The notes under the pieces were generated by a model. The model saw only the letters and a program-made list of their open reading frames with translations. It searched no databases and was not told the DNA's origin. Of a stretch of DNA of 64,000 nucleotides, positions 60,751 to 64,000 are shown in pieces; position 1 is the first letter of the stretch; each line of letters starts with the position of its first letter. The translations under genes were made by a program, and so were the position numbers. The DNA comes from Narcine bancroftii (lineage: Eukaryota): contig NC_091473.1 in NCBI RefSeq assembly GCF_036971445.1, forward strand, positions 191,642,001 to 191,706,000, written 5' to 3'.

Positions 60751-61679
60751 GCAAGAAGATGGTGGTGCCAGTGGGTAAAAGAAAGCGATGTTAATACCTT
60801 GAGGAAGGGCTCAGTCCTGAAACATTGGTAATATATCTTTGCCGCCTATGGCTACTGTGAGACTGGCTGTTCCTCCAGCATTTCTGTACTGTGAAAGCAC
60901 TAACAGGAGATGGCAGACTGTTCCATACCAACACACCACTACCTGAGAAAGGTTAAACTGAGCATTGGCGTTTATTGCCAGCAGTGAGACTGCTCATTGA
61001 AATTAGCTGCATGCATGGACAGCATCACTTTCACCTGCCACACAGCAACAAGAACATACAGCGAAGCAGAATGGGTCTTCCCCAGCAATATTAATCCTGT
61101 TCTTGCCACTGATCCTGCCAAAGTTATGAGCACAGGCTCAGACCATCCCTTAAACCTGCCTCCCCTCAGTCGACTCGGTCTGCCTCAGAAAAGAAGTCAA
61201 CATGTGAAAAGGCTCATTCTCTCTCTGTCCACTCTCTCTACGTCATCCTTGCATCGGGAGGTTTCACGAGTATGAAATCGCATATGCTGCTGGATTTTGA
61301 AGACAGTTTCTTTCGCGTTATCGAGCCCCTGAAAGAACCTCACAAAAGTAAATCAGTGTTGCCCCCACTCAGATCTCTAACTCTGCACTGTACTGAGTGT
61401 TCATTACAGTTCTATGTGTGGGCTGTCTAGCTGGACTGTTCTCAAAAGCAACTTTCTTTCACTGTACCTTGGTTCACAAGACAATTAACACGAACTTGCT
61501 GACCTATTGAGGGATTCCAACATTTGGCCTCTAATTCAACATGCAACGTCATCTGACTTGGATGAACACATGGAAGCAGGTGGAAATGAGTGCACTCAGG
61601 ATGGGGAGAGCCAGGAAGGAAGAAGTTCAATCCGTATAGAGTCCTTCCTCTCAAATTGACTACGACCACATTGATCATC

Positions 61680-62310
61680 TCAAGATGATCAAATTCCTGG
61701 GCGCCATCATCTCTGAGGATCTGTCCTGGGGCCTCTACACTGATGCCCTCACAAAGAAGGTTCGCCAGCGGCTGAACTTTGTGAGGATTTTGAGATTTGG
61801 CTCGTCACCAAGGACGGTTGCAAATTTCTATGGGTGTAGCGCGGAGAGCATTCTGACTGGTTGCTTCACTGTCTGGGTACAGGTGGAGGTGCCAATGCAC
61901 TGGACAGGAGAAGACTACAGAGAGTCGTGAACTTGCCAGCACCGGTCTTCACTTTATTAAAAGCCTTGGCAAGAGGCGGCAATCTTGAGAAAACAACCTC
62001 CACCCTCAAAGACCCTCACCACCCAGGCCATGTCCTCTTCACGCTGCTACCATCGGGAAGGAGGTACAGGAGCCTGAAGACACCCAATGGTACAAAAACA
62101 TTTTCTTCCCCTCTGGCATCAGATTTCTGACCGGACAATGACCAACCTCACCTTTTTCTCTTCTTCTGGACTAATTTATTTAGTTTTTAAAATAGAGAAT
62201 TTACGGAAATGTAATTTCCAGCAACTTTTGCACCTGAAATGCATGACAATTATGTCACAAAACAACAAAACCTTTGACACGTGTTCATGACAATCAACCG
62301 GATTCTGATG
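61680..62310 (+). mobile_element. Rex1/Babar-type LINE 3' part
   Basis: KFLGAIISEDLSW..KKVRQRLNFVRIL..ESILTGCFTVW..LQRVV..LKDPHHPGHVLFTLLPSGRRYRS. Confidence 0.9.
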
Positions 62311-62394
62311 TCTCCTTCTCTACTGCCCCTGCTCAGAGAATTTGCCTTCACTACAGAGACCCTGTGACAGGGTCGAGATGTGACTGTACTTTAC

Positions 62395-62514
62395 CAGCAG
62401 AGTTTGAAGTGATGCCGGCGCCAGATTTCCACCCTCATCTGATCCTTCTCCATCATCTTGATGGCACCACTCTGCATGCCCCAGTCTAACCAGCTCTTCC
62501 CCGATGTTCAGGTT
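62395..62514 (-). CDS. TDRKH: TDRKH (Tudor and KH domain protein, TDRD2) exon at the end of the extended Tudor domain
   Basis: Acceptor ttttccatcttgtataaacag|AAC, donor CTG|gtaaag, 120 nt, phase 0-0. NLNIGEELVRLGHAEWC...ASLQTLL resembles, from memory, the vertebrate TDRKH segment (human KLDIGLELVHKGYA...ASLSTLL). Confidence 0.72.
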
Positions 62515-62744
62515 CTGTTTATACAAGATGGAAAAAGATATCAACAGAGCATGGAAACATCCGACACCAACCATCAATGCCTATCCAACAGTAATCCATT
62601 TCATTCTCCCCATATTCCCATCAATCTCTCACCCCTTGTCCATACACTGGAGGCAATTTAATTTTTAATTCAGACATTCAGCACAGGAACAGGCCCTTCT
62701 AGCCCAAGACTGTGCCACCCAAATATCCCAAATAACCTACACCC

Positions 62745-63289
62745 ACCCGCCTTCTGTAGGGATTGCTCCCTCCGTGACTCATCCCTCTCCACTGACGACC
62801 ACCCTAGCACCTTCCCCTGTGGCTGCAGAAGGTGCCACACTTGTGCCCACACCTTCTCCCTCACCACAGTTCGGGGGCCCAAACAGGCCTTTCAAGTGAA
62901 GCAGTACTTCACTTGTGTATCCGCAGGAGCGATCTACTGCATCCGGTGCTCCTATTGTGGCCTTCTCTATAATCGGAGAGTCTGGGAGCAGACTGGGAGA
63001 TCGCCTCAATGAGCGCCTTCACTCTGTCCGCAACAGTGACAGGGATCTCCCAGCGGCCAACCGTTTCAGTTCCACATCCCTCTCCCATACTCATATCTGC
63101 CTTTGGCCTTATGTTGTATCCCACCAAGACCACCTGTAAAATTGGAGGACCAACACTTCATTTTCCACCTGGGCTCTCCAAGATGGCATTAACACTGATT
63201 TCTCTGGTTCCTGCTAACCTGCTCTCTATTCTCCCTCTCTTCCCTTCCCCTTGCCTTCTTTCTTTCAGCTCTCAATCCCCTCCCCCTGC
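62745..63289 (+). mobile_element. Penelope-like element GIY-YIG endonuclease remnant
   Basis: FPCGCRRCHTC..GPKQAFQVKQYFTC..IYCIRCSYCGLLY/IGESGSRLGDRLNE; smaller related piece at 7430-7530. Confidence 0.85.
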
Positions 63290-63792
63290 TTTGGTTATGT
63301 ATTCCGTTAATATTTAAAGTCATATAGTTCAACATAGCCATTTCATACTTTGTTTATCTTCCCTTTCCGTTTCCTCATCATCACCTTTCCTTCTTATCCA
63401 TTTCTGCTTTCTTGTTTTGAACACTTTATAAGACAACATTTCTAAAACATCAAACATTTCCCTTATTCTCCTATCTAAAATTTCTTTAACCCCATTCTCC
63501 CCTCCCCCTCCTGAGTTGCCCTTTATCCCTTGTGGGGCAACCACATCTCCCCTCTCCATTTGGATTTGCGAATTCACTCGCAAGCGTCAACTGATTTTGC
63601 AGTGACCGTAACTCCTCCCCACACAGCCCCCCCCCGGAAAAGTTTTCAATTTTCATATATAACAAAGGTCACTCTTTTAATTCCCTCCTTATTTCCTCTG
63701 TTCCCTTTCATTCCCTTATTAATTCTTATCTATACTCTATATATTTTCCTCTAAATACGGATACACTCATGTACACACATATATACATACAC

Positions 63793-63824
<32 letters not shown>

Positions 63825-64000
63825 CCATATACACACATACATATAGATCATGGTCATTTTTACTCTCATTACATGTCTTCATCTCTCTGCTTGTTTTGTA
63901 GTTGTTCTGCAAATTTTCGTGCTTCCTCCGGATCCGAGAATGGTCTGTTTTGTTGCCCTGGAATAACTATTTTAAGTACCGCTGGGTACTTTAACATAAA
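63290..64000 (-). mobile_element. L1 copy D, partial (ORF1 end, spacer, first ~18 codons of ORF2), runs off the window
   Basis: Matches copy C 42367-43480 without the RTE; stops abruptly at a Penelope remnant. Confidence 0.92.

Noticed and set aside
56077-60831. 1544-aa ORF and many overlapping ORFs
   Set aside because: Stop-free frames of a simple satellite; no protein features.
61035-61114. Minus-strand exon-like segment GSVARTGLILLGKTHSASLYVLVAVWQ resembling a TCR TM
   Set aside because: Hydrophobic span broken by KTHS, no Ig exons nearby, and its phase does not fit the flanking phase-0 TDRKH junction.

Overview
Eukaryotic, transposon-dense vertebrate DNA. The repeat mix (CR1, L1, RTE, Rex/Babar, Penelope, V-SINE-like, Chapaev3) suggests a cartilaginous fish, probably a ray or skate; this is inference only. 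Two host genes can be read, both on the minus strand. (1) At about 7245 down to <250 lies a spliced, non-rearranging antigen-receptor-like gene. Its exons are a leader (7191-7245), one exon holding a germline-joined V+J domain (5741-6073), a C1-set exon (4866-5186), an uncharged TM exon with a juxtamembrane Cys (2623-2712), and short cytoplasmic exons (682-725, probably 248-282, possibly continuing off the left edge). All junctions from leader to the 682-725 exon are canonical GT-AG and phase-compatible. (2) Two 3' exons of a TDRKH-like gene lie at 62395-62514 and 55844-55940. TDRKH is a marker of the human 1q21 MHC paralogon, so gene 1 is a candidate cartilaginous-fish member of the PRARP/VJ-C1 class. 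The rest is nested retroelements: three near-full-length L1s with TSDs (one inside another, itself inside a CR1, making a ~12 kb inverted pair), two RTE insertions (one fused in frame to a CR1 RT), solo LTRs, Chapaev3 remnants and a 4.5 kb purine satellite. Two L1 copies carry a relic second ORF1 end, pointing to ORF1 replacement by recombination.
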